Below are positions 14,160-26,305 of a stretch of 64,000 nt of DNA, piece after piece (within the stretch, counting starts at the first letter, position 1; each line of letters begins with the position of its first letter). The notes under the pieces were generated by a model. That model was not told the DNA's origin and did no database searches. It saw only the letters and a list, made by a program, of their open reading frames with translations. The translations under genes and the position numbers were made by a program. This DNA is from Camelus dromedarius (taxonomy: Eukaryota): positions 26,972,001 to 27,036,000 of the forward strand of contig NC_087437.1 of the NCBI RefSeq assembly GCF_036321535.1, written 5' to 3'.

Positions 14160-14830
14160 AAGAGGCTTTGCCGGAGGGGAAGGGGGTGGTTGGAGGAGAT
14201 AGGTGAGGGAGATTAAGGGGTACAAAATTCCAGTTGCAAAATAAATGAGTCATGGGTGTGAAATGTACACCGTGGGGAATATAGTCAATAATTATGTAAT
14301 GTCTTTGTATGGTGACAGAGTATAACTAGACTTAACATGGTGATCATTTTGAAATGTATAGAAATATTGCATTTCTATGCTGTGTACCAGGAAATAACAT
14401 AGTGTTATAGGTCAATTACACTTCAAAAACAAACCAACTCATAGAAAAAGAGATCCGATCTGAGGGACTAGTGGTAGTGGGGGGAGGCGGAACTGGATGA
14501 AGACAGTCAAAAGGTACAAACTTCCAGTTATAAGATAGATAAGTACTAGGGATGTAATGTACACCATGATAAACATAATTAACATTGCAGTATGTTATAT
14601 GTGAAAGTTGTTAAGAGGGTAAATCCTGAAGAGTTATCATCACAAGGAAAAAAATTTTTTTTCCTATTTCTTTAATTTTTTATCTATATGAGATGAAGGA
14701 TTTTCACTAAACTTATTGTGGTAATCATTTCAATATGTATAAGTCAAATCATTATGCTCTACATCTTAAACTTACACAGTGCTGTATATCAATTATATCT
14801 CAATACAACTGGAAGAAAAATAAATTACTT
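14160..14830 (+). mobile_element. Two tandem old L1 3'-UTR ends (L1MA-like)
   Basis: Repeated GGTACAAA.TTCCAGTT..AAATAA..GTACACC..TATAGT..AATAA motif typical of L1MA 3' ends. Confidence 0.7.
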
Positions 14831-14844
14831 AGTAAAGCTAAAAA

Positions 14845-15327
14845 GAAATCACAGCTCACCATAACAAATAAAGTAATAATGAAAATGTTTGAAATAGTGC
14901 AAGAATTATCAAAATGTGATAGAGACATGAAGTGAGCAAATACTGCTGGAAAAACAGTGCTGATGGCCAACACAGGGTTGCTGCAACCTTTAATTTGTTA
15001 AAAAAAAAAAAATGCCGTCTCTGGAAAGTGCAATAAAGTGAGGTATGCCTAGGCAGGTTTTTTTTTTCAAACAAATTGAGGGTTTGTGGCAACCCTTCAT
15101 TGTCAGATAATGGTTAGCATTTTTTACAGCAAGTATTTTTAAATTACAGTATGTACATTTTTTAAAGACATAATGCTTTGCACACTTACTAGACTACAGT
15201 GTAGTATAAATGTAACTTTTATATGCACTGGGAAATCAAAAAATTTGCATGACTTGCTTTATTGCGATATTCACTTTATTGTGGTGGTCTGGAACCTGAA
15301 CCCACAATATCTCTGAGGTCTGCCTGT
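14845..15327. mobile_element. Tigger1-derived pieces: minus-strand 5' end (14845-15052) next to a plus-strand internally deleted copy (15055-15327)
   Basis: GAGGTATGCCT / GAGGTCTGCCTG terminal repeats and ACAAATTGA.GGTTTGTGGCAACCCT in both orientations. Confidence 0.75.
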
Positions 15328-17714
15328 TTATGGGGATCAGTTTTCTCTTGAAGTCCATTCTTTCTTCTAAAATCATTAAAAATTATTTTAATGCTATCCA
15401 GTTCCACTAGTCAAAATAAAAGTAATACAATAGATCTCATGTACCTTGAACTTGGATAATGTAATGATCATCTCATGTATATATGATTTTAACAGAACCC
15501 CAGGGAGGACAGTACTCAAAATGGTAAAAATTTTGAGCCAAAAGTCAACAGTTAACACTTTTTGTTGTTTTTGCTTTTATAACCTCCCTCAAGTCAGAGT
15601 GTGTGGGCAAGTGGCCATTTTATATCTGTATTTAAGGTCAATTATGTATTTGTTCTTTTTCCATATAAATGAAAGGAATGTTACCATATCTGAATTTTAC
15701 TGTGAATTATACAAATAAAGGAAGCAAGCATTAAAAAAAAAAAGCACACAAAAAAAGCACAAGGGGTCTGAAAAATGAAGGTATACTGTTCAGGCTAGAA
15801 CAGGTCTATGGAAGGAAGATGCAGGGGACAAGGCTGAAAAGATTGGCTAGGCTATGTTGTAAAATGTTCTGAAAAGCAAAGGGGTTAATTCACCTCAGTG
15901 GCAGTGGGAAGCCACTGAAGTTTGGCAAATCTTCAGATTTTGCCTTTTATCAAATGCTCACGGGGCTTAGTGAAATATATTATCTCCAAAGGTTAAAAAA
16001 AAAAAGAGACATTCCTAAAGAACCCATTTCTTGGCACTCAGCATACTAAAGAGCCATTTTGGTCATCACAAGACCAATCTTCTGATCCTTGCTCTGCCAC
16101 TGGTTCATGGAAGATGGGAAGGATAACTTCTCTAGGCCATAATTTCTAGTGTAAATAAAATGGGCTAATCAAGATCATTTCTAAAGTTCTTTCTAGCTCT
16201 AAAATCAATTCTCATTCTCCTGTCTGATGTTCTCAAAAGAAAAACCTATTACTAATGACCCATTCAATGATATTGAAATCATAGTTTTAATTATTTAAAT
16301 TTGCTTATCTGTTCTAATTCTACCTGCATCCCAAAGTAGAAATTTGCACACTGGAAAAAGAGTCACCCACGCTTTATTCACCGAAACGTTGTATCTGTGG
16401 AGGGCACATGACTATTTTTTTGACTACTAGGCTAGCACATAAAAAATATTTTTTAACATCACACATAAATATTTTTTCAAATGTACTCGAGTATGTTAGT
16501 GAGTAACATTACTGAATTGATCTTTGTTAATTTTGTACTGTCCAGGAAATGCCAATGATAAATGTCACAAATTCATTTTCAACAGGAATTGCATCCATAA
16601 AAGGACAAATTATTTTTTCTTTCTTTCTTCTTTAAATTGGCAACATGAAAATGTCCAAGCATTTCTAAAAGCAGAAGCAAAGAGCTCATGAAAACAGAAG
16701 TGTTGTGTGTGGATGTTTTGCAATCACTCCTATGGTTTCTAGAGATCAGGAAACCTTGGTTCTGGTTTCTGCTCTTCCTCCACTAGCTCTGGGAGGGCAA
16801 AGACACCATTGATCTGGTTTTACTTTTCCTTTGAAATACCTGTCACAATTAAGGCCATTTTTCCTTTTATTGTTTTTCCTCACTCCTGGACTGAAAAACA
16901 CATGTGCTGCGACTTTGTAGTCACAGCTCTCTCTCTAGGTGTGGCACATGGTACTTAATCTTAATTGAATAAATGGATTTTTTTAACTTATCTGTATATT
17001 GAGGCAGTTGGACTACATTTCCCATGTCATTTCTATCTTTATGATTCTGTGATGTATCAGAATTTACTTTGAACTAAGTCCAGACAGTTGAATTTGTCTC
17101 TTCAGCTTGAAGCCTAGCCTTTTATTGTTCATTACCACTCTTTCCAAATTAGGACATTTTTGTCCTAACATAACTCGAAGAAAGTACAAGCAGCTAGAGT
17201 GGGCCTGTATTTAGACAGGGAAGGATTCTCTGAGGGAGGGTTGCAGAATTTGCTGAACCCAATTCCTGCCTCTTGAAGTTGTGGTTTGCATCTAAAATGA
17301 CAAGTTAAAGAAAAAAACTATAAAGGTAGGTAAAGGTAAATCAAACTTCAGAACAATTTCTAAGTGGAAACTTTGATGATGTCCTAAATTTTACAGATGC
17401 TAAAATTTTGTCGATGAGCCTCCCAAGAACATAATCCAGTGCTACATGGTAGTTAGTCCTTTGTGCCAACCAAACTCCAGGAACCTTAGTGAGAAGAACC
17501 ATGGCCCTGCAGGTGAATATATATGTTTCTTTAATGTAAATCAAAGCCCATTACAATGCATCCTTTTACAATGAAAATCTTCACTTATTTTGGAAGCCCA
17601 CTCAATTATTCTGAGCAACATTATATACAACCCAATAGATACAATGAAATCATTAACAATTCCTTCAACCCATTATAGCTAAAGTACAAAGAGTAATTGG
17701 ATAATGTAGACAAC

Positions 17715-20011
17715 CCCAACAAAAAATATTTATTCTCACACTGTATTCAACATTAGATGATATATAAAATTCAATTGGGAAAAGGAGATTTAAAAAACTG
17801 TGCTTTTTCCTTGAACCAGATTCAAACAATGAGATGAGGATAAATCCTAGACGGGGAAGTATTTAATTCATTGTGCTTTTATGTATTTTTCTTGCTACCT
17901 AATCCTAGTTATAAACCTTACATCTGTGCCTCTGGGTACTATTTTAACTCAAGTACAACATAATACCAGGCGTTCTTTAAAATCATTTTCTATTAACTAT
18001 AAAAAAAAGTATACTCAGATAAGAACCCTATAAAGTCATTTTCTTTTAGAAGGCATCAAATATTCAGGGAACTTTATTTTTAAAGGATAAATCAAATAAG
18101 ACATAGCTTTCATTGACCCAAACATGCATAATCCATCCTTAATAGAAAATGCACTCAATTGGTAATTACACAAGAATACAAAGGGAATGCAACTTTACAT
18201 CTGTAAAATGATTGCTCACTATAACAATTTAACAGTCAAATTAAAACACTGTACATTTAAAAAGAAAAAAAAAACCCACACCTTAAAGCCAATTATCTAA
18301 GTAAATCAAGGGAAATTCTGACATGGAATGATTTGACTCAAAGCAAAGAATAAGGCACCTGCTATGAATTTAGAACAGTAACTTTCACTTTTAAAGTTAC
18401 AATAAAATAAAATTAGTTAACCAAGACACTTGTTTTGAAGAGGGAAACAAGTGCAGGTATTGATTTCCTGGGTGAGAAAGGCAGGTGACAATGCAGATAA
18501 AAACCTACTGGCCAAGGTCAGCTGATTCCTATTCCCGAGCAGTCAAGTTCCGAAACGTCCTTAACCACTCCTCTCACTCACTTCCTCCCATACTTAGGGG
18601 TATCAGAAGCTCTGAGGTTCACGCTGTGTATAGACTAGGTAGCAGATTTCCCATCTGTTTCTCTTAAAACAGCTTATTTTAAAGAGATATCCTGAGGCAA
18701 TTAACAAAGCAAGCAGCTTTCTTTCCAATTCATTAACACATAGACACCTCTCAGGCTTTTTTCAAGTTATGGCTGAGTATTTAAATAGCCAATACTTACA
18801 ACTTTCAACAGTACCAGAAAGTCAAAAAACAAAACAAAACAAAAAAAAACCTGCCTTATCACTCACCCTTACCATTAGTAAAAAGAAGTCTGATCAATCA
18901 TAACCTATAAAATCATACAGAAGACTAAAGACTGACCCTTATCAGTAAATCCATTTAATTTCACATGACACTTTTATGTATCTAGTACCCTAACAAAATT
19001 TTAATCATAGATCAAGAAAGAGCATTTCCAAACTAAGTGTAACTTTTTAGTTGATGTGCCTTTTTTTGGTGTTAAAAGTGCTATTAACCTGGTAAGATGT
19101 GTTATGGCACGTTGGACTCAACAGTATATCCAGGTGAGGCATCCGTTTTTAGTAGTATTTTTCCCTAAAATGTTGTCCGGCATAATAGACCCCTTTGATA
19201 TATTAAAGTAATTCTGGTGAAACCAACGGTGACATAAACGAACTTTCCCTGACTTTACTCCACCATGGTTGCTTTTAGTGAAACTGAAGTGACTAAGTTA
19301 CAAAATGCTCAACCAAGTTTTCTTATAGCATCTTAGGTTAGTATATTCGCTCATGCAAAATCCAAGGTAGTGTAATAGAAATAATATTGTTAAAACAGAC
19401 GTTGTGGCTATAAGCATCTCCCTTTATATAGGCATTTAGAAGCTTTTTAAAACATTTTAGGTGCTAAAGATTGTGGGAAAACTAGGCTAAACTGTGTAGT
19501 TGTTCCATTTATAAGCACCTTATTACAGGACAGTTACATGACCCTATACGGGAGTGTGCTTTCAATTCAAGAGATAGTAATAAAGTGCCTAGCTATATAA
19601 AAACTGTAAGATTCCAAATTTTAAATTAAGCTAATTGCATCTACACATTAGGGTTAATAAAATCTAGGCCTTGTCTACACAGATTTAGTCTAATTATCTA
19701 TATTGTTCTCTAATAACCACATTTTAAAGACTTACTCTTTACTGACTGAATAAGTAGGGCCCACTACTGTAGCTTAACAATCAAATTTTATTGCTTTATT
19801 CGTGTGGTGCTTTTGCAAGGCACTGTGGTATGGACTAGAAAACTTGGAATGACTTGTGAAGAAACCTTGGAATGACACATGAAGGATGATATGAAAAGTC
19901 ATTCTGAGGCAGGATGCTTTACTGAGTTGTTTTTAACCAGGGTATCAAACATCAGGAATGAGTTCAAGTTAAAATTCACAGGAGAATGGAAACATCTTAA
20001 GGTCAGTCACT
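17715..20011 (-). other. SERP1: SERP1 3'UTR with proximal and distal poly(A) signals
   Basis: Repeat-free AT-rich sequence after the stop; minus-strand AATAAA at 19795-19800, 19787-19792, 18073-18078 and 17729-17734; distal end inferred. Confidence 0.65.
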
Positions 20012-20052
20012 TCACATGCCCATCCTGATACTTTGAATAATCTGGAAAATTG
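20012..20052 (-). CDS. SERP1: SERP1 (RAMP4) coding exon 3, 41 nt: (A)IFQIIQSIRMGM*
   Basis: Acceptor tctttacag, TGA at 20012-20014; 84+76+41=201 nt = 66 aa + stop. Confidence 0.97.
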
Positions 20053-21253
20053 CTGTAAAGAGAAAGAGCAAATATTAAAGCATGCTTTGAATACAACAGG
20101 CCTAGCAACTGACAAATATTTATTAAGGTAGTTCAAAAACCCAAGAGTACCCTTACAATTACTTGCAAATGCTATGTAACTTCATAGTAATACGAAGTAA
20201 AGACAGGCCTCCTTTAACAGAACAACAAAATGTCCATAAGTTATTTTTTGTCTGAGTTTCCCTGAATTTTATGCCTAAATGCCTAAGACAGCAAAATAAG
20301 TAGTCATTTTAGAAAGAAACTAAAGCACCAAAGCAAACAGGTTTTTCTAGCACATAATTATTTTGGTTTAAGCCTAAATATTAAGTATACTTGGCCTGTT
20401 ATATACGCATGTTTCCTCACTCTAACAAAGCTGAAATTCAATAATCTTTAGCTTACATAAAACGCTTGGCTCTTGGCCATTTATCAGGAAAGCTTCCAAT
20501 TGGAACGTTTAGGAGACAGGCAAAATAAAATGTTTAAGAGAAACCTCAGTAACTTTAAAATGTCAGAATGTGGAAAATAGAAACACGTACTTCCGTATTA
20601 ACAGCTTGCATGTTAAGATGATAAATGAAGAGAGGAAAGGCATTCTGTAATCCACTTGCAGAGGCAAGAGTCTACTACTCTGAAAGCAGTCTGCCCTCGT
20701 AACTAATTTTTCCTACCATATGTCAAACGCTTCTTTAATTAAACTAAAAACATTTGTCTCACACATTAAATTGCCAACAAGGTACATTTCCTCTATAGTA
20801 AATCAATTCTTCACAGTAGCTTTACTTTATAAAATATACACAGTTTTGACATAAAGACATTACATTCTGGAACATGTTAAATTAGGTTCAAACATCCATA
20901 TGTACATAATGTTCATAGGCTTCTCTTTTACAAACGTTGCAAAATATTCTACATTCTCATTCCTAGACATATTTTTGTTTTGGTCTAAATTTCTTTCAAC
21001 TTGACCATTACTAAAGACCTGACCTCCTTTTTCTGCTCTCCTGTGAGCTCAAATCCAGCTGGGAGAAGTTTCTAGAGCACCACCCTCTGTGCATATGTGG
21101 GACGAGTAATTTGGTTCAGATGAAATAGAATTATGCGGAGCTCCCGGCAGGTGGGTTGAGAAGACGCGGGTAGAATTCACCATTGATGGGTCACCACGTC
21201 ATCCAACCCCGTCACCCAATACCCTACCCGATGGTCGTCCCCAAAACACTTAC

Positions 21254-21329
21254 CAGAACCACAAACAACAAAAATGAAGAGAGCCAATAACCAGGGTCCT
21301 ACAGACGCCTTCTCTTCGGGAGCATTTCT
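21254..21329 (-). CDS. SERP1: SERP1 coding exon 2, 76 nt: RNAPEEKASVGPWLLALFIFVVCGS (tail-anchor TM)
   Basis: tttttgcag acceptor, gtaagt donor, recognisable RAMP4 peptide. Confidence 0.97.
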
Positions 21330-21587
21330 CTGCAAAAAGGAAAATCCACGGTTTCTAATGCAAAAAACCTCTCTGACCCGGGCTCCCACCGCCTGCACCC
21401 CGGCCAGGTCGCTGGGTCCCCTCACCGTTCCCGAGTTTCCCACCTCCCCGAGCTCCCAGCTTCGCGTCCAGCTCGCGGCGTCGGGCTCCTGAGCCGCCCG
21501 GGTCTGGGGAGGAGAGCTCGACGCGGCCCTGGGCCCGGGCCTTAGACCCGGCTGCGGAACCGAGAGGGGCTCCCACTCGTCCCTTAC

Positions 21588-21671
21588 CGAAGTCTTGGCG
21601 ACGTTGCCGCGCTGGGTGATGTTCTTGCTGTGCTTCTCGTTGGCCATACGGATCCGCTGCTTGGCGACCAT
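21588..21671 (-). CDS. SERP1: SERP1 coding exon 1, 84 nt: MVAKQRIRMANEKHSKNITQRGNVAKTS
   Basis: AAGATGG start context, gtaagg donor, recognisable RAMP4 N-terminus. Confidence 0.97.
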
Positions 21672-22374
21672 CTTCGCGGCGCGACCACCTGCCCCGGCCA
21701 CCCCTCGGTCTCACTCGCTGGCCTCCTCTCGGGCCGCCGCGACCGACGCTCCGCTCCCGGTGCCCGCGCCGCCGGAGCGAGAAGGCTCTCAGGCGGGAAG
21801 CTAGCTCGGGTCCCTGGGCCTGGGCGCGGCGGGCGCGGGGGGCTGAGCGCTAGCGAGGCACGGGCCGCCGACTAGCTGACGACACAGGGCTGTCCGGCGA
21901 GCGAGGCGGCCACTCGGGAGGAGGAAAGCAGGCCTCCGCGATATTCTCGCGCCGCCGCTCTGGCCGCCGCCTGGAGCGTGGACTAAGAGGAAGGAAGCGC
22001 AACGCAACAACCGGACAGTGCAGCCCGTCGCCGCGAACTACTTCGGGTTCGGATGCCAACGTCAGCACTGGGCGGGCTCCGCCCCGCGGAAGTGCGAGCT
22101 CCGCCTGCTGAGAAAGAGAGAGAGGGAGGGTGAAGGCAGGAGCACCGGCCGTAGCTCTGCCCTCCCACGCTCCGAATAGTAGAGCCTTAGAGCTGCGCGT
22201 GCGCATTCGGGCTCCTTTGCCTCGTCTCTCTCCAACCGGAAGTGAATTGGCTCCGAGGCTGGTAGCCCCGGAAACACCTGTTCGCCGCCTCCACGCCGGG
22301 GGAGACGTGTTGGGGCCGGGTTCGGTTGTCGTGAACTCTGACCCAAGCGTATGAGTTTCTCTTTCCGGCACAAG

Positions 22375-22402
22375 ATGGCGCCGTCCACGCCGCTCCTGAC
22401 GG
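22375..22402 (+). CDS. EIF2A: EIF2A exon 1 (28 nt): MAPSTPLLT
   Basis: CAAGATGGCG start, gtgagt donor, matches eIF2A N-terminus. Confidence 0.95.
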
Positions 22403-24764
22403 GTGAGTTCTGAACGAGCAAGAGACTGTTTCTTCAGAGCAATATTTTTTGTGTCTTTCCCCTTATTGACCACCCGAGAAGCCTTGGAGTCCTATTCGCC
22501 TTTTCTTGTGGCTTGCGGAAGGCCGGGGGACCTCTTGGAATTGGTGTAGCGTGGCAGTCGGAAGTGAGGCCTCCGCCTCTGGGCTCCAGCATTCTTCCCC
22601 CACCCACCCCTTTGCCCATCCATCATTCTTTCCTGACGCTTCAAGTTCTGAAGGAATAGAGGAAGGGGCCTATGAACAGAGTGCTAGTGGAGTTTGTTAC
22701 CGTGGGTCTGCAATACTGGTATTACACGAACGCCTATCTGTTGACAGCGTGGAGTCATTTAGCTCTGTAATAGGGAAAAAACATAAACATTTGACTTAAT
22801 CTACTAGAATAACCACACTTATTAAATACACTTGAATTTAAGTAATGCCAGATTCTGTGCTTGTTGCTTTAATTAAGTTTGGAGGACTGAGTAGCGCGAG
22901 TGGAGTTATGGTAGAGTAGGCTTTAAGTAAATAAGACTGGTCTGGGGGAGGTAGCAGTGAGCATTATAAAGCAGCAACGTTAGAACATTAGGTTTTGAAG
23001 CTGAGGCAGAGTTTATAATGTTGGAGAAGATAATAAACTTAGTCTTGGACAATGTCTGCGATGACTCTAGATTAGAGTGATGGCTGGGAATCTCATATAT
23101 GGATATCAAGTAAGGCGAAGAGAGTTAAGAGGGAAAACAAGGCTCTGATTTAAGTCACCAATAATTTAATAACATATAGAAAGAAAAAAAGCCATTGAGG
23201 AAACAAGGTTGTCTACTTTTGAGGAAAGGGTTTATTTCTCCTGAGGTTTGAAAGGACCCTTAAAAACCTTTGCACTTTTTGCCGTTCTCCATTTTGAGAC
23301 CTTTGTTGTTAAACACCATGCCCGTTCATATTCAGTCTGACTACCACAGTTCATTCATCAAACACTTATCAAATACTGACTACAATTTGGTAGATAACAT
23401 GCCAGACAGATACTGTTTAAACAGCATAATTACATAATTAAATGAATTTTTTCCTGTAGCTTCATAAAGGTAGTTTTTATGTTATTCACAATTTTGGAAT
23501 ACTAAATGCTTATTTGAACTTTAATTTAAAAATTCGTACATTTAAAGATCTGATCCGTTTTTTTCCCTTTTGAAATCCTTACAGTGGCTCCTCACTGATT
23601 ACAGGATGAATTCCATCCTGTTTAGCATAGTATATGGAACTCTTTATAATCCCTGAATAGCTCTTGGCATTCATTTTATTCCATGCCACCTCATCCTATT
23701 TTGTTCTCCATCAATATTGAACTGCTTATAAAACCCTTGAACAGCCTATTTCCTCAATCTAGGACTATCGTCTTTCTCTTGATTTGGCTGACTTCTTTTT
23801 ATCTTTTGAATTTCATTTTAGACATCATTACTTTGTGAAGTCTTTTGTCAGTCTTCACAGATAGTCTCTCACCAGGCTGTTTTTGAACCTCATAAATACT
23901 TGATTTTTTTTCCCCACTTATCATGGAGGATAATATCTAGTTGTTTAGATACTTTTCTCCCCTGCTAGATTGTGAACTTCTTAATGGCAGAGGCAGAATC
24001 TTATTCATTGGTGTCTTCTCAGTACCAGGTACAATGCCTGGTAAATAATAGACATTGTATGTTTAATGGAGGGCTAAATTAATGAAGGATAGCCACTTTA
24101 TATGTAGTCAAATTAATCAAGAATGACAATCTTCTTACAGTGCTTAAAATCAAGGACTTAGTAAGAGCTTAAGGGTCATCTAGTCAGTCTGCTGCTTGTA
24201 TTCTCATAGTGGCCCATAGAAATTAAGTTGTCAGATTCACATGGCAAATTGGCAGAGTCAGGATTATATTCAATCATTCAACCCGATGGTCCATTTTTCT
24301 CTCACTAGAGCACACTGATTAATCTTTTAAACATTTTTAGTATAGGTATTTTAGTTAATAATAGATTATTTTACTTATAAAATCCTTTTTTAAACTTACA
24401 CTCATGGAATTTTGAAGTTGTGAATAATTAAATATTATACAGTAAATTTTATTAGTTATGATTTTTAATTGGAAATGACAAAAAGCTAAAGCAGGTGAAA
24501 AGGGGATTTTTTAATCTCATATAATGTTAAAGCTTCTAATGTTACACCCAGGTACTCACATGATTCCAGAAATCTGTTTTTATTCATCCCTAGGCTCTTG
24601 CTTTCTTTTTGATTAAATTTATTCTCAGGTTAATGTCCTAATTGGGAGCTCCATGTTTCCATTCAACCAGCTCAGCAGCCCCAAAAGAAAGAGTACATTA
24701 GTATTGGTGCCAGTCTCGAGGCTGGCTGTCTTTGGCTTGGCTCGGCTCTTGCTCATCTTTGAAT

Positions 24765-24806
24765 TTCTTTCTTTCTTTCTTCCTTTCTTCCTTTCTTTCT
24801 TTCTTC

Positions 24807-24874
<68 letters not shown>

Positions 24875-24903
24875 TTTCGTTCTTTCTTTCTTTTCTTTCT
24901 TTC
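24765..24903. repeat. (TTTC)n microsatellite, the expanded A-rich tail of the adjacent minus-strand L1
   Basis: Directly visible. Confidence 0.95.
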
Positions 24904-25714
24904 AATTGAAATATAGTCAGTTACAGTGCATCAGTTTCTGGTATACAGTATAATGTTTGTCATACATATACATGCATATAATTGCTTTCATATTCTTTTC
25001 CATTATGGGTTACTATAAGACATTGAATATAGTTCCCTGTGCTATACAGCAGAGATTTGTTTTCTATTTTACATATAGTAGTTATATGCACACATTGAAC
25101 TCCCAATTTATCCCTTCCAACCTCCTTTCCCCCAGATAACCATAAATTTGTTTACTGTATCTGTAAATCTATTTCTGTTTTGTACCTAAGTTCATTAGTG
25201 TCTTCTTTTTTCTTTTCCTTTTCTTTCTTTTTTTTTTTTTTTTTTTAGATTCCACATGTGAGTGATATCATATGGTTTTTTTCTTCCTCTCTCTGGCTTG
25301 CTTCACTTAGAATGACGATCTCCAGGTTTGTCCATGTTGCTGCAAATGGCATTATTTTATTATTTTTTGTGGCTGAGTAGTATTCCATTTTATATCTACC
25401 ACAGCTTCTTTATCTAGTCATCTATCAATGGACATTTAGGTTGTTTCCATGTCTTGGCTATTGTATATAGCGCTGCTATGAACATTGGGGTGCATGTATC
25501 TTTTTGAAATTTAGTTCCCTCCAGATACATGCCGAGGAGTGGGATTGCTGGATCATATGGTAAGTCTGTTTTTAGTTTCTTGAGGAATCTCCCTATTGTT
25601 TTCCATAATGGCTGCACCATACTGCATTCCCACCAACAGTGTAGGAGGGTTCCCTTTTCTCCACAGCCTCTCCAGCAGTTATCATTTGTGGACTTTTGAA
25701 TGATGGCCATTCTG
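24904..25714 (-). mobile_element. 5'-truncated L1 (ORF2 C-terminus and 3'UTR) in EIF2A intron 1
   Basis: ORF 25414-25710 [24 protein letters not shown]1 3'UTR. Confidence 0.9.
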
Positions 25715-25970
25715 TGAATTAGTCCATTTTTAATCAGGTCACCAAGACTAATTATATTCTCACCCCTGGATATTTCCTAAAAGTCTCCTTAAAGGGGGAG
25801 CCTGGATGCTAGGCATGTAGATCATTAATGGTCCTTACATGAAGACCATATTGTCCAATCAGCTTGCCTAGTTGAAGCCATTAAGATAATCAAAATTGAG
25901 TTATTTTTCTAAATTTATATATATTTCAGTGGTTGTAAGGATTGGAAAAAGTATATTATAATAATCATCA

Positions 25971-26077
25971 GTGCTTGCTTTGGCAACACATATACTAAAA
26001 TTGGAATGATACAGAGAAGATTAGCATGGCCCCTGCACAACGATGACATGCAAATTCGTGAAGTGTTCCATATTGTT
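25971..26077 (+). pseudogene. Full-length U6 snRNA retrocopy (5' part of a U6-L1 chimera)
   Basis: GTGCTTGCTTTGGCAACACATATACTAAAATTGGAATGATACAGAGAAGATTAGCATGGCCCCTGC..CAAATTCGTGAAGTGTTCCATATT matches U6 including the ACAGAGA box; most changes are CpG to TpG/CpA. Confidence 0.96.
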
Positions 26078-26305
26078 TAGATAAACAAGATTATACTGTA
26101 TAGCACAGGAAATATATACAAGATCTTGCGGTAGCTCACAGCAAAAAAAAATGTAATAATGAATATATGTATGTTTATGTATAACTGAAAAATTGTGCTT
26201 TGCACTGGAATTTGACACAACATTGTAAAATGACTATAACTCAATAAAAAATGTTTAAAAAATTAAATTAAGTTAAATTACATTTTAAAATTTTTTAAAA
26301 AAAGG
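26078..26305 (+). mobile_element. L1 3'UTR end fused directly to U6
   Basis: TAGATAAACAAGATTATACTGTATAGCACAGG.. matches the L1 ends at about 653 and 8318; A-rich tail; TSD AATAATCATC at 25960-25969 and 26306-26315. Confidence 0.92.

Larger units (their letters stand above)
21150..22600. promoter_or_regulatory. CpG island / bidirectional promoter of SERP1 and EIF2A
   Basis: High GC and CpG density; divergent ATGs at 21671 (-) and 22375 (+); ETS/GABPA-type GCGGAAGTG 22086-22094 and ACCGGAAGTG 22235-22244; NRF1-like TGCGCGTGCGCA 22194-22205. Confidence 0.9.

Noticed and set aside
21801..22799. Overlapping ORFs across the CpG island, including 207 aa at 21850-22473
   Set aside because: Expected stop-codon scarcity in GC-rich promoter DNA; no recognisable protein
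24653..24953. Phe/Leu/Ser-rich membrane-like ORFs
   Set aside because: Translation of the (TTTC)n microsatellite
25971..26077. Functional U6 snRNA gene
   Set aside because: Multiple CpG-decay substitutions, fused to L1, TSD-flanked, no evident upstream promoter
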